A stretch of 63,363 nt of DNA, filler included, from Sphacelaria rigidula (taxonomy: Eukaryota): the NCBI GenBank assembly GCA_964200075.2. It is 11 parts of 11 records of this genome, joined end to end, with 100 filler letters (N's around TTAATTAATTAA, not from the genome) between each part and the next. Parts side by side here need not be neighbours in the genome. Positions count along the whole stretch, not along the records: positions 1 to 5,670 come from CAXNAA020025404.1; positions 5,771 to 11,440 come from CAXNAA020025405.1; positions 11,541 to 17,210 come from CAXNAA020025406.1; 8 more parts are not named here. One strand, written 5' to 3'. Below the pieces are notes generated by a model that worked only from the letters and a program-made list of their open reading frames with translations, was not told the origin of the DNA and did not search any database. Both the position numbers and the translations under genes were made by a program. This document shows, piece by piece, positions 1 to 13,001 of this stretch. How positions within the stretch are numbered: the stretch's first letter is position 1; each line of letters opens with the position of its first letter.

Positions 1-318
1 CGTCCGGGTTTTGTAGGGATGCGAGGTCAATGGTCTTATGACTATGGCATGCATGGTCATAAGTACACCCCCCCCATCGTAGCATGACTCCAACTCTGAA
101 GATACAGAAGAAAGATGTACGTGAGTTACAGTTGCCCGTAACTCTGCCAATCCGGATCACCGCTAATAATGCAGGCATCTGCCAAGACCCATCGATAGCA
201 CACGTCTACTACGAACTGGGTCGACCTGGGAACCCGCATGCCTTCGACACACGATTAATTTTCAGTTTCCCCGTTTGATCCGATGCAAGGCAGTACAGGT
301 ATGTCTTCGCATATTATT

Positions 319-476
319 TTTCGATTCAAAAGGTTGGGCGGAAAAAGGAAAATTCCGATCTGATGGGTCACCATTCATGTCCACGTCATTCAGTCAGGTT
401 GAAATGACGACCTATCGGATCGTCTTTACCCCCTCCCCCCCCCCCAAAACAAAAGCACCTACCTTTTCGATCGAAA
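319..476. mobile_element. Short MITE; a related copy lies at ~2300-2440
   Basis: Imperfect TIRs (ttcgattcaaaaggt...accttttcgatcgaa). The core aaaattccgatctgatgggtca is shared by both copies. Confidence 0.5.
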
Positions 477-532
477 AGTAATGTGCTGAGTCAGACATGG
501 CCTACGCAGAGCCATTTTTTACAGTTGGTGTT

Positions 533-1280
533 TTTTGGGGGTGATATTTTCCACTTTTGGGACCATTGGCACGGTTTTTGGACCCCAAACGGGGAATGAA
601 TTTGACAATCACACGTCTTGGACACTTTGCATCGCCCCACCGAGAGGACTCTATAGCCCGCTTTTCCTATTTTTTTAATGCCCCCGAGGTTTCAAGAACG
701 AACGGCCGCCTCTGAATCGTGCACAAAACGTTTCCGGGCCGGCGTTCTGTAGAGTTGTTGAACATGGACTCTCGCGCACTCGCACTACTACTAGTAGTCG
801 TGCAGTTAGGACAAAGTTGCGTCTGGACGTGAGGCGGCCTTCTCGGAGACAAAACATCACACATATATTATTGTAAAAAAAATGTTTTGTTTTGTTTTAC
901 AACGTGTGCATACCCCGGACAAGTATGCGCCAAAAAATTGCACCCCCATCGTACATAGCGCGGGTCCTCTGGACAAAACAAAAACGGCCGTTGCCGCAAA
1001 AAAATGAGGTGTCTGCAGGAATTTGCGCGGGAAAATACCTCACACAGACACTACATTACATTTTATTTTCACGGGCTGCCGTATTTTTTTGCCCAGAAAA
1101 ACTTGAAGGTCAGTCTTGAAACCTCGGGGGTCCAATTCTTTTCTCGGGAAAGTTAACTAAACTCCACTGGTGGGGCGATGCAAAGTGTCCCAGACGTATG
1201 AGGGCGATATTCATTCCCTTTTTGGGACCCAAAAACCGTGTCAAATGTCCAAAAAGTGGAAAATATAACGACCCCAGAAA
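533..1280. mobile_element. Non-autonomous TIR element / foldback
   Basis: About 120-bp imperfect inverted repeats at ~533-655 and ~1166-1280 (ggacactttgcatcgccccacc / ggtggggcgatgcaaagtgtcc). Confidence 0.55.
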
Positions 1281-3237
1281 TATCATCTTCATCAAGGAGA
1301 AAATGCCACGGTAGGAGTGCACTTTCCACTCCAACAGTTTTCTGATGCTGCACACCAAGGCCCAGGCATTTGTCATCGAAAGGCTCCTACAGCAAGGAGA
1401 CCCAGGAAAAAAAATGCACCCCCGACCGTAGCATTGCTCTAAGAAACGGTCTGGAGTCATGCTACGGTAGAGGCGTCTGTGACCACGGGTTCGCGAGATC
1501 GGAATAATGTGCGGAAATAATAATAATAATAAAAAGAGGGGTGCACAAAGAGTTTCTGAGGTTAGAGCGCTTGGGAGCCCTCTATCTCATCCAAAACACG
1601 ACTGATTATGAAATGTGTGGGAGTACGCCAGGATTACTATTCCGATGTGCCAGGGGTATCCCGAATGAATTTGCAAACGGGGATGCTCTGACCCACCATG
1701 TTCTTGCGGATCTAGAATTGTTGGGAGCCCCTGAACCATGCAATATGTTGCGAAACAGTGCACTCCTACCGTAGCGTTATTTTTCTGAGTATATCGCTGG
1801 GAACTGCAGACCACCCTGGTGTTGCACGCTCCGTTACTGAAAAAAACACTGGAAAATAATGTATACTGCTTAATATATGGCCTCATCGACGACGGAACCG
1901 GATTCTCCGAAATGAAGCACGTACGTGTCGGAATTCGAACTCGTAACCTTCCGCCCTTGTATAGAACTCTCTTCTTACACTAGTTAGATAGCGGGGTGCA
2001 GCGGTGCCACACAACAAGTGGACATACCGGTCCAATTTGAAGAGTTTTGGACCGGAATTTTACAAGGAGAACCTTCTAGAGCTCTACGAGCAAGTTCAAA
2101 ATTCCTCATGGAAAGCAACATACTGTAGTGTTTTTTGTCCCCATCGAGTTATTATGACATTTATTCCATTTTTTTCAGAGATTTCAAATTATTCTGCTTT
2201 TTTTTCTGGATACCTTCCGCTACGTTCCCCGTACTACACATATTAATAAAGATCGCGTGTCAGAATTTCAACTTCCAAGGGCATGTTTCGGCAAATTATT
2301 TCTTGATCGAAAAAGTGCGGTGGAAACGAAAAATTCCGATCTGATGGGTCATCATTTCAACCTTGAAAAATGACCGACACGAACAACAGCTCTATCAGTT
2401 TTTTTTTTTCTTCTTTTTCGCCGCACCTTTTCGGTCGAAATACAATTTGTATATGCAAAGACACGGGCTTACATCAGATCAATTCGGGAGAAACTAAGGA
2501 GTCATCGTGTGTCGAGGGATTGCGGGTTTCTTGGCTAGCCCCTAGATAGATTGTAGTACCGCAGCTCGCACAGTTTCAGCAGAAACCAAACAGTCTTCTC
2601 AAGGTCCGAACATAACACAGTACAGTCACAGGTACAGCACATGAGAGAGCGCGTGATGACCGCGTGTGTGCTGCAGTAAATGAAGTGTAACATGACATGT
2701 CCCACAGTTTTGTCCTTCACCCGATGCTGAACAGCCCCTCACCGTTTGGTCGAGGGTTCAATGCAGGGTGTCCATTCTGTGATCAGACACCCGCTCGGTG
2801 ACCAAAGATCAAAATCGTCGAGTTCACTTTTGTTCAACATAAAACTGCCACTGGATTTTTCATACTAGATGCGGCTTTCCAGAGTTCGTTCAAAATCGGG
2901 TGCGATTTTGATCTTGAGCTCGTCCCATACATAGTTCTGTATAGTAAGAGATGGTCTCTCATTGAATCCTACAGCGAAATAAAAGCAAAAAAAAAGAAAG
3001 AGTGCAGCTAGGAGGGACTAGCAACGCCTACGAAGCTCATCGGATTGGTGTGAGAGTGAAAAAGAGAAGTAAACTGCACGAAAAAAAAAGAAGGGGAAGA
3101 CGCTAGGCTGAAAACTGGTACGTCCAGAATTCACGGGAAAATCCCCTACTACGGGTCCCCGCGATGGCTGCAGGCAAGTCACAAAACGGCAATACTTGCA
3201 CAAAAAGCAAGGTCGCGAGAGCAAAATTCATCTTTTT

Positions 3238-3499
3238 CACGGTTCGGTAAATCATTCCCAAATCGAATCATTAAATCCACGATTTTTCAGGCCTGATTGC
3301 TCGAAAGAGAGAGAGAACTCGACCGCTGGTCAAAAAGGTCTGCACGCAATTTTTGCGCCATTCCACGTGCCTGGGCTGCGCGTACCTGACCTGGGTTGCA
3401 AGGCTGAAAACAAAGCCTAAGGATTGATTCGTACGGTACGAATCAATCACTCTAGAATCAAGTAATTTCCAGACGAATCGTAAAATCGTCCGACCCGTG
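3238..3499. mobile_element. ~260-bp MITE with CACGG...CCGTG termini; related copies at ~25614-25869, 59908-60163 and 60308-60581
   Basis: Short TIRs cacggttcgg/ccgacccgtg. Internal motifs gattgattcgtacggtacgaatc and tcaggcctgattg are shared among copies. Confidence 0.7.
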
Positions 3500-4994
3500 A
3501 TCTATTTGAAGAGCGACCGCACTACGAGCGCAGGGCGTCTCCGCGACCTACCCTGTAGGAGGGATAATCACCAACAGCACGCCTCAGAGGAGACACGAAT
3601 GGGAAGAAAATAGGGCGAGAAAAAGCAAGGAAGGGCTAAAATGACGAGAAACCCAGAAGCAAGGCAGAACTCAAGAATAATCAGGGAACCGAACGAGGGA
3701 ATGGCACTACAGGTCACAAGCTAAGTCAAGGAGAGGAGGCAACCACCTATCGGATGAAACACACGTATCCATTTTCGTTCCACTCTCCCGCCTCTCCTGC
3801 TCTCTCTCGAAGGGGATGCGTGGTCAATGGTCAAACGACTAAGACAAGCAACAAATGAGTACGCCCCCTCCCTCCCCCCTCCCCGTCTCCTGCTCATTCC
3901 TAGTAAGGTATACAAAGCCAAAATCCTGCTCGGTTTTTCAAGTTTGAATGAACTACCCGCACCATGTCTCTGCAAATTCATTGCATTTTTCTCGGTCATC
4001 TCACCCCACAAAAGCAGGCCACAAAATATTGTGTGCTCAACTGCTCCAGTGTTTCCCGATCCTTTGGGCAGACACGACATATGTATATGTATGTGGAGAT
4101 CGCCATTGGGGCATGCGCGGAGGGATTTCCTTTTATGACGTGTAACTTAGTGAACGGCTGTTACAAGGGTTATTTTCCCAGGAGCCCAGAAATTCCCATA
4201 TCTGTACAGCCGGATCTGGGACCGCAAGGTAACAGGGATCATCCCAGCGAACTACTGGCTATCCCTGGGGATCACTCTTGACGTGGACTCTCAGACTTCG
4301 TCTTCGGGCTAAGTCGCTCGCGCTCGTCGAGCTTTCCCGAGTGATCCACCTTTCCTCAACCCCACGACTTACGGTCAATCCTTGACTACATAACCCGAGG
4401 AACGTCATCGGCCACCTTCGACGGTTTTACCGGAAGTCTCGCGACTTCCACATGTAGAGTGCATGCATGGGCTGCTGTGCGACGTGTATTTTCATTTTCC
4501 CCTTGTATCCTGCAAAAATTCCCCGATACAAAGCATGGGGGAGCACACCGACACAATACAATACGCACATCGACTCGCCGGTACAAAATATACGTCTTCA
4601 CTTGATCGATCGATTTTCTCATGCCAGCTGATTCATTCGCCTATGAATCAATCCAGCGGAGATCACGGGAGGGACACATGCGCCCAAGGCGAAATAAACA
4701 GAAACACAGAAGCACACACTAAACAAAGTTCGAGTCGAAAAAAAAGGAGACAATGGAGGCAAAATGAAAACGGGGGGGAAGTACCAACACCGTTGGAAAC
4801 GTGGGACTCCAAAACTTACATTTTTGGCAAGAGAAAAAAGAGGTATAAAAACGTGACCGTATGCACGGAGACATTTCACACGTCGCCAGGCCAAAGCCCA
4901 TCCTGTCTCATCCTGCAAAATAATAATCCCGAAGCGCTCGTCTAGGGTATGACTTTCACGTGGCACTCCATGCCATAACGCTATTCACAGCCGT

Positions 4995-4997
<3 letters not shown>

Positions 4998-5031
<34 letters not shown>
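4998..5031. repeat. (CA)n microsatellite
   Basis: Perfect CA dinucleotide run. Confidence 0.95.
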
Positions 5032-5032
<1 letters not shown>

Positions 5033-5670
5033 GCCCGTGTGCAAGTAAAGGGACTGGCCTAACAATATCCGCGGGTCTGAAGAGAGATTCGCGTGCATCT
5101 CGCCCACCCCTCGCACTCCATCCACGGCTACAAAAGCTACAACGTGGATGGCACAGCCAACGGAAGGATGCCGCAGGTATGAGAGCAGCCGCACCGCTTC
5201 CATCCGATGTCCAAACTGACCGTCTGTCGGCGAGTCACCAAGGGCACAGAAATGCTTGCCGTGAAGGGCCCCGTGTGTTTTACACCTGAGGCTATTTACC
5301 GAACATATACATGTGAGGGCACTTTTTGAGTTCACCTACTGTTCGTCAACAGTGCTGTCTTGTCGAACAACAAAACCGCGAAATAACGGGCAATTCTGTA
5401 AAATGAGGTTGATCACCAAAATGAAGTTGAAGCCCAAGACAGTGCTTCCCCGACACTTACAGTGACGGTGCCCAATGACTTTTTTGTCGGCCTAATGCCG
5501 CTCGATCGCGTAGATATTTTTTTCAGCGCATTTTACCGACTCTGTGAGCTCACAACGCTGACCGAAACCGTCATTTTACCCTGATTTGGGGGGGGGGGGG
5601 GGGTATGTGCCCAATCACTTTTTTTTCGGTCTAATGCCCCTGGGTGGCGTGGATACCTTTTCGTCGCCTT

Positions 5671-5770
5671 NNNNNNNNNNNNNNNNNNNNNNNNNNNNNN
5701 NNNNNNNNNNNNNNTTAATTAATTAANNNNNNNNNNNNNNNNNNNNNNNNNNNNNNNNNNNNNNNNNNNN
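5671..5770. other. Assembly linker (N44-TTAATTAATTAA-N44); the same linker recurs at 11441, 17211, 22981, 28750, 34519, 40288, 46057, 51826 and 57595
   Basis: 100-nt gaps containing a six-frame stop linker. The intervening segments are 5670 bp (x4) then 5669 bp (x7), as expected for size-sorted unplaced contigs. Confidence 0.95.
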
Positions 5771-8519
5771 ATCTGACTGTTGCCCGATTGGTGAGACATA
5801 AGCGTGGAAAAGCATTGAGCAAGAAGAAAGTGAGCAAGACAAAGAGCATATCTTGAACAAGAGCCTTGAGTCAAGTAGTTATCAACCTATTGTGCGTAAA
5901 CCCGTCACGAGTTGTACCCCAGACAAGTGATTGCACTGCTGTGCTTGGTGTGTTCCTGCACTACAGTGAGAGATTCTGTGATAAAGCCTGACAACCTCGT
6001 GACAAGAAAGCATGTTGGGCCTCGTGGAAGTGCATTTCGGAACTGAAACGATTCATTCACTGATTGACCGCTTTTCACTCTCAAACGTATCATCTACTCT
6101 CAATCTCACGAAAACACTGTTAAACGAATATCTAGCGCCAAAGATATTTTTTCAATGATTTCGACAGCATCTTCACTTGAAAATTCACTTCGTGACCCAG
6201 ATTGCGAACCCTGCAGCATAGTGCACTACTTGGGAGGCTGTTCTGGTTCATTTTCAGTTCGACTTCAATTCATTGTCGACAGCGAAACCCGGATCTTCAA
6301 TGTGGCTGCGCTCCAAGCGTGCTCCTAGCGTGCGCAGGAGGTGTTTTTGTCGAAATCGGCGCCTGGGGCGCAGATTCGAGGTCTGGCAACGCACACTTTG
6401 CCTAGGGAAAACTTGCACCCCCCTTGCCCGAGGGTTCTGGGCGTGCCTTCGTTGAGGTTGGGATTAGTGTCAGTATTGTAGTTTGTTCGAAATTATATAT
6501 TCCCAAGAACTTTCTCACCCTCCCAAGTGGTGAACTAACCTCGAACCCTGCTGATCAAATGGGAAAAATTACGGAGAATTATTATTTCGTTGCAAAATCT
6601 TGACAAATACGAAAACCGACGTATCATTCTCTCAAACTGCGATGGGTTCGTACTCCACACCCCGTACTGCCATCCAATGTACTCATCTGTTGGACGTTTG
6701 TACAGTCAGTAATCTAGTTGTCCGTTTCTGTGTGGGTTTCCTACTCTGTAGAAAATTAGCTGCACAATAGGTTCTGGTTCATGTAGAAGCCCCAACATTG
6801 ACCAAGGGCACAAGTACCGTTTTATGTGGATCCTTGATGTTAGGTATCCGTAGGATCGTAGGATATAGATTGCTCTGCTTTTGCATCGCGCTTCCAATTC
6901 CTTTTTTTCTTTTCCTTTGTTATGATGGAAAGGGAGCATAATGAGAAATCATGCGCCATTCTAATCCAGCAAGCTAGGGTGAGAAACAAGTGATAGCGAG
7001 ACGGCAAAACAGCACGCGAGCAGATCAGCGACTTCAAGGAGGGCGGCAGTCACGCGCAAGGGTGTACATGGTTCGAGAGAGCTCAGTTTAAGTGCCGATT
7101 TAAGGGAGGTAAAAAAAGCTTGGTACACCACTCTCTTCAACCGAACCCTGGTTTCTCTCAAACCGGACCCATTCTCTAGAGCGAACTTTCCTTTTTCTCT
7201 TAAAACGGATCTACCCCCAAACCCCCCGCTTTTTTACTGCACAGTACTGTAGCCCGAAAAATACCATCTTACTCAGTACGTTCGGCAGTTGAGACACACA
7301 AACAGCTTCAAGCTCCACTGACTGCAAGCGCGATGCCTTGCACGGCGGGTATTACAACAGTATTTGTACGGCAGTATAACAGCAGAGAGGAGCAACATGG
7401 CGGAGGTGTCGTACCATCTTCGTAAGGCCGAACAAGCCTGGATAAACGAGTTTGGGTCAAGAGAAAAAAAAAACTTGCATGGCAGACTTTATGTAGCGTT
7501 GCAGAAGCTGCCGATGAGTGCATGTAACATGTCTGTTGCTGGGTAAGACAAGTGTATAGGTACTTGAGTTTCACTAGTGATGAGAAAATCACTTGTACAG
7601 CAGTACAGAGTATAGTACAGTATGTATGTGTGGTTTTCTGTCTTCAGGTCAGCAGAGCCACGATGTTTCATCTGAGTGCCTGTACATACTTGAAGTGATA
7701 TGTAAACCATGCGATGAACACAAACTTGCATGTTCGACCAAATGCTATTTTTTGGAACCAATGTCACGTCATTTCCTTTGGTGGAATCCGCGATGTGCTG
7801 CTCTGTTCTATGGGGATGTGTACAAAGGACAATCTCACGTATCATGAGCGAATGTCCTTTCATCCCTTGGCTTGTATAGGACGAGTTCACCGATGAAACA
7901 CGGCCGTCTTGTGACAGACGTTTTCGAGACAGAACCCGAGGCATGTCCGATGCTGGTGGTCCTGGTATTCAAATTTCCGTACTCTCTCGTTCCAGCACGA
8001 TGCCAGGTACGCCTTTCACTGCAGATGCGTTGGTATGTGGCGGCCACAACTGCTGCTGTTTGTGTTCTTGTCTTGTTATCTTCGCAACGGTGGTAAACGT
8101 GGGGCAGAAGCTCGGGGGCGTTCGCTTCCCGAGTAGTACAGCAGCTGAACACTAGTGCACCAAGAGTTTCCACCCACTGATCTGGAGCGAGTTATCCGGA
8201 GGAACAACATCATCTCAACACCGAGTACTCACAGGCTTGAAGATATGTACCATGTTTATATAGTACATTTCACATGAGCCAGGTCGTTGTCTTTAAGTGA
8301 TGCGTGTATTTTTGGCTTACCTCGGGGGGTCACGCAAAGTGAATTGAAATACCTTCGCGTTTTATATTGACGGCTGCACATTCGTCACGTGCTCGTTTCA
8401 ACTCTGTGTACAGCACTTTGGTCTCACCCCACCCCTGTGCAGACCGGAACACAGCATGCAGCACTCCAACTGTTCACGCTCTCTCTGGCAAACATCACAC
8501 TATCATCGTCGTAGAGTGT

Positions 8520-8860
8520 GTAGATGCACAACAGCACAGCGACGACTACAGCGAAAACATGATGGGTGTGGGAAGCGTCTTGTTCGTTTCACTGGAGTGT
8601 CTAGAGACCACTGCGTGCCGACAACATTATTTTTCGAAGCGAACGCCATAACAGAAGTAAAGCAACTCAGGCAGTCAGTCCCGGCGGAGACCAAGCCGTC
8701 TTCGAAAAGGCCTGGAGACACCACAGCGCAGCGACAGCTACAGCGCAAAAGACAGCGCATGAGTGTATTTGTGCTGCTGCACAGTGTCACAGGACATGTC
8801 CCATGCGAAAGTTCTTCCCCTGATTTCGGATGGGCTCGATTTTGGCAGAGAAGCGGTTTT
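8520..8860. repeat. Dispersed repeat; inverted copy at ~38490-38870 and partial copy at ~2580-2705
   Basis: Shared blocks (tgatgggtgtgggaagcg, accaagccgtcttcg, acatgtcccatg) seen by eye. Confidence 0.6.
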
Positions 8861-11540
8861 CAAACGCTGGGCCAATTTATTTCACCTTGAGTTATCCCCC
8901 TACTTGCTGCTCTGCCTTGCCTGTTCGGGGAGCGAATGATCAGCGGTACGATAGCTCCCTTGCGGGATTCGATGATACACCATCGTTGTACTACACTTGT
9001 CTGCTGTCTGCTGTGCGATGTATGTACAGTGGGTTTTTACGAGCTCTCTGCTGTCTGCTGTGGGGTATCTGTGTGTACAGTAGGTTCTGAAAAGCATAAC
9101 ACTGTCGGCATGTTCAGGTTCTAAAAAGTAACCCTGCAAACACTGCAGGACTGTGTTGTGTTCAGTGTACTACCCTGTACTACATATAATGGGGTCACCT
9201 TTTTGGCAGGTTTTGAAACGTTCTGCTTGTTTTTTCTGTCATTGTTGATAGCACCGCCACTAGTTTAGGCGCCGTGCTCGGCATGGGTGTAATTCGTGCG
9301 CAAAAAACATGGCACGGGCACGTTGCACCTCAACTCCCACCGGCGGGGTACTGTCATCTTCTGTTTCTAGAGCTTAGGTCACATTAGCTCAATTCCTTGA
9401 GAGCATTAGTTCTTTCTCTCCAACCCGTCGTCACAGGGTGCAAGGAGCCAAAACGGTATAGTACACGAAAAGAATGAGCCCGCAAAAACCGATCGAACTA
9501 TAAGCAACACACTGTAAGCTGACAAAATACCGACGTGCAACCTAGACGACCAAATTACCACCTACTGCTGCATATACGTGTAGAAACAGCAAACGCAGGA
9601 ATCGACATGTCGCAGGCAGCGAGAACCATCCGGTAATAGACCTAGTAATATTAGAAAAGAGCCCAGGTTCAAGGAAATGAGGAAATATCTTCATCACCGA
9701 AGCATCAACTGACTGGGCTCAACAATATCAAGTGAGTTGATCACCCTATTATCAGTTCGGTGTAACTACCCAGAACTAATCCAAGTTCGAGAAACTCATA
9801 TCTTCTTGCCCTAGAAGCAGAAAATTCGTGATGTATAGGAAACAGTTGAAAACTTAGGCCATATAGAACTCAGGACTCTCCCGATCCCTCCTAATCTTGG
9901 CCCCCAAAAGGCACCGGGAAGAAGTTGATTTGACCACGTTACTGTACAGAAGACGACACAAAGCCGAAAGAACTGGAGCTCAAAATGAGAAGAAACGATG
10001 TCGCTGAAAAGTCACAGATTCTGCCGGAAGCTGACATGGATGACGTCGGATGTGACGAAGTCCGTCACGTTCCGAGTGTAGGCATCTGGCTTTGGAACGC
10101 ATCACGGTAGAAATGTGGCGGGCAAGGGGCAAAGTAAAGGAACGTAGAGACGTGAACAAGCGTGCAGGCTGGAGATTGCACTGAGGCATGTTGAAAGCAA
10201 AAAAAAAGGGCTGCCACCGATGACACCAAGCATTAAAGGTGGGAGAGGGCAGGATGAAAATGGGACTATACATGGTGCAGAGGGGGTTGAACGGGGAAAA
10301 GGAATGTATAGTTGTGGTACTTACCGTAAACGGTGGTTCAGTTTCCGGCTCCGCTTCTGGTAGCCGTGGGTCGGGTACCCTGTCAGGTAGGATTGGGTTT
10401 CTTCTTTTCGGTCGGAGGGTCGGTTTTGCTTGGTGGCGTCACGGGGTCGCCTCCGGAAGGGGAGGGGGAATAAGTAATGACTTGCGGTGCTTTCCGAGGT
10501 GTGGAGTTGTCGCTTCTCGAGGTAAACGCCTCTTTCTCCTGCAACAAATGCCGTTGGAAGTCCGGTAGGAGCTCGGTGGTATGGAGTGCTGACCCCGATG
10601 TCCGCGCCAGACGCAAGGCAGAGGAAGGGGACCTGTTTCCTGGCGCCCTTCGGGACTGGCTTTGTCTCCTCGGATACAGACGCGTGGGTAGTGCACACGG
10701 AGCACCTGCCGATGTTCAACGAAGCGGGGGAAGGACGAAGGGACGGTTGCGAAACGTTCAGCGAGGAAAGTACGGAAGGAGACACAGTTGTACTGTGAGC
10801 AAATGCGTGACGAACGGGTGTTGAAAGCAACGATGTCAAGTAGGTGGGAAAGGAAGGAAGTGGGATAATAGGCTGCTTTCGGTGATCAGGTTACCCCTCG
10901 ATGAACTTACAGTGGGAAACCCACCGGCTTGTTAGTAACTGTGGTATTCTATACAAGCAAGTACAGCATGTAGGAGTGTCTTGTATTTGCGTTAACACGA
11001 AGAAGGTGAGAGTCCCCTGCTGACGCCCCGTTCCCCATGTGCGTTGAATCGTGGGCTGAAAATGGGTGATGTCAACTCCTGCGGGAAAGTACACCGAACA
11101 CCTGCACTTAATGGACTGGGAACTGGACGAGTTAATACTGTACATCTTCATCGTTACTGGAGTAAAACTGGAAATGGCTACGATAACGCCAGTTGTCTAG
11201 TTCATCTAGAAGTGTTGTGCAGCTTGTCGTTACAAAGTATTTTTATATCATTTTTATTATGTGCGGTTTATAACAAAGGAACACTTCATTTAATTAGACT
11301 GTACGATTGAAGTCTGCAGTCTACAGCAGCACAGGTATCACAAACTTCGTTGGTATCTAGTTCTGCATGTAACAACAAATTGTGAGAATTGAGGTTTAAC
11401 TTCGAGATGAGGCTCAAGCCTAAAACAGTGCTTTCCCCACNNNNNNNNNNNNNNNNNNNNNNNNNNNNNNNNNNNNNNNNNNNNTTAATTAATTAANNNN
11501 NNNNNNNNNNNNNNNNNNNNNNNNNNNNNNNNNNNNNNNN

Positions 11541-12928
11541 TCGCCGCACCGCTTGCTCACCACTTTGACCATGCCCGCTCGGGCGTGTGTGACGCAGAAC
11601 TCCGCCTTCCTACCAATAGCTGCACCGAACGACGCATGTTTGGAGCAGCCCTTCTCGCCGCACCGCTTGCTCACTACATTGACCATGCCCACTCGGGCGT
11701 GTGCGGCGCAGAACTCCGCCTTCCTGCTACTGACTGTACCGAAAGATGGTTGAGCGGAGCAGCCCTCCTCGCCGCACCGCTTGTTCACCACATCGGCCAT
11801 GCCCACTCGGGCGTGTGTGGCGCAGAACTCCGCCTTCCTGCCACTGACTGCACCGAACGATGGTCGGGTGGGGCAGCCCGGCTTGCCGCACCGCTTGCTC
11901 ACCACATTTACCATGCCCGCTCGGGCGTGTGTGGCGCAAAACTCCGCCTTCATGCCACTGGGTGCACCGAACGATGGGTGTTTGGAGCAGCCCTCCTCGC
12001 CGCACCGCTTGCTCCTCACATTGACCATGCCCACTCGGGCGTGTGTGGCGCAGAACTCCGCCTTCCTGCCACTGACTGCACCGAACGATGGTCGAGTGGG
12101 GCAGCCCGGCTTGCCGCACCGCTTGCTCACTACATTGACCATGCCCGCTCGGGCGTGTGTGGCGCAAAACTCCGCCTTCATGCCACTGGCTGCACCGAAC
12201 GATGGGTGTTTGGAGCAGCCCTCCTCGCCGCACCGCTTGTTCACCACATCGGCCATGCCCACTCGGGCGTGTGCGGCGCAGAACTCCGCCTTCCTGCCAC
12301 TGACTGCACCGAACGATGGTTGAGTGAAGCAGCCCTCCTCGCCGCACCGCTTGTTCACCACATCGGCCATACCCGCTCGGGCGTGTGTGACGCAGAACTC
12401 CGCCTTTCTGCTACCGGCTGCACCGAACGATGGTTGACTGGAGCAGCCCGGCTTGCCGCACCGCTTGCTCACCACATTGACCATGCCCGCTAGGGCGTGT
12501 GCGGCGCAGAACTCCGCCTTCCTGCCACTGACTGCACCGAACGATGGTTGAGTGGAGCAGCCCTCTTCGCCGCACCGCTTGTTCACCACATCGGCCATGC
12601 CCACTCGGGCGTGTGTGGCGCAGAACTCCGCCTTCCTGCTACCTACTGCACCGAACGATGGGTGTTTGGAGCAGCCCTCCTCGCCACACCGCTTGTTCAC
12701 CACGTTGACCATGCCCGCTAGGGCGTGTGTGGCGCAGAACTCCGCCTTTCTGCCACGGGCTGCACCGAACGATGGTCTTGTGGAGCAGCCCTTCTCGCCG
12801 CACCGCCTGCTCACCACATTGACCATACCCGCTTGGGCTTGTGTGGCACAGAACTTCCCGTTTTATCTACTCCCCGAGGCATATGATGCCCTCGTTGTGC
12901 AACACGTGTGGGTGCATACAACAGTCAT
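11541..12928 (-). CDS. EsV-1-7 cysteine-rich repeat protein: 11 complete 38-aa repeats, a partial 12th running into the gap, and a degenerate first repeat with an in-frame TAA
   Basis: ORF 12826->11541 is built of 114-bp units MV(N/D)VVxKRCGxxGCxxxPSFGxxxxxKAEFCxxHAxxG (C-x4-C...C-x2-H), matching the EsV-1-7 motif. An upstream in-frame ATG at 12928 is separated from it by TAA at 12865-12863. Confidence 0.9.
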
Positions 12929-12975
12929 CTCCCTCCCGACTGCATTCGAAACGGAGCCAAGGCAACCATAGTTCC

Positions 12976-13001
12976 GCTGCTGCTGCTGCTGCTGCTGCTG
13001 C
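12976..13001. repeat. (GCT)n microsatellite
   Basis: Perfect trinucleotide run. Confidence 0.9.

Noticed and set aside
1925..2000. tRNA gene on the minus strand
   Set aside because: Only a B-box-like GAGTTCGAATTCC is present, with no cloverleaf; at most a decayed SINE head.
4141..4452. Solo LTR (TGTAAC...CCACA)
   Set aside because: TG...CA ends are present but the flanks (tgacg/tgtag) are not a TSD, and there is no second copy.
11553..12971. Long plus-strand and alternative-frame ORFs over the EsV-1-7 array
   Set aside because: Shadow ORFs of the GC-rich 114-bp repeat.
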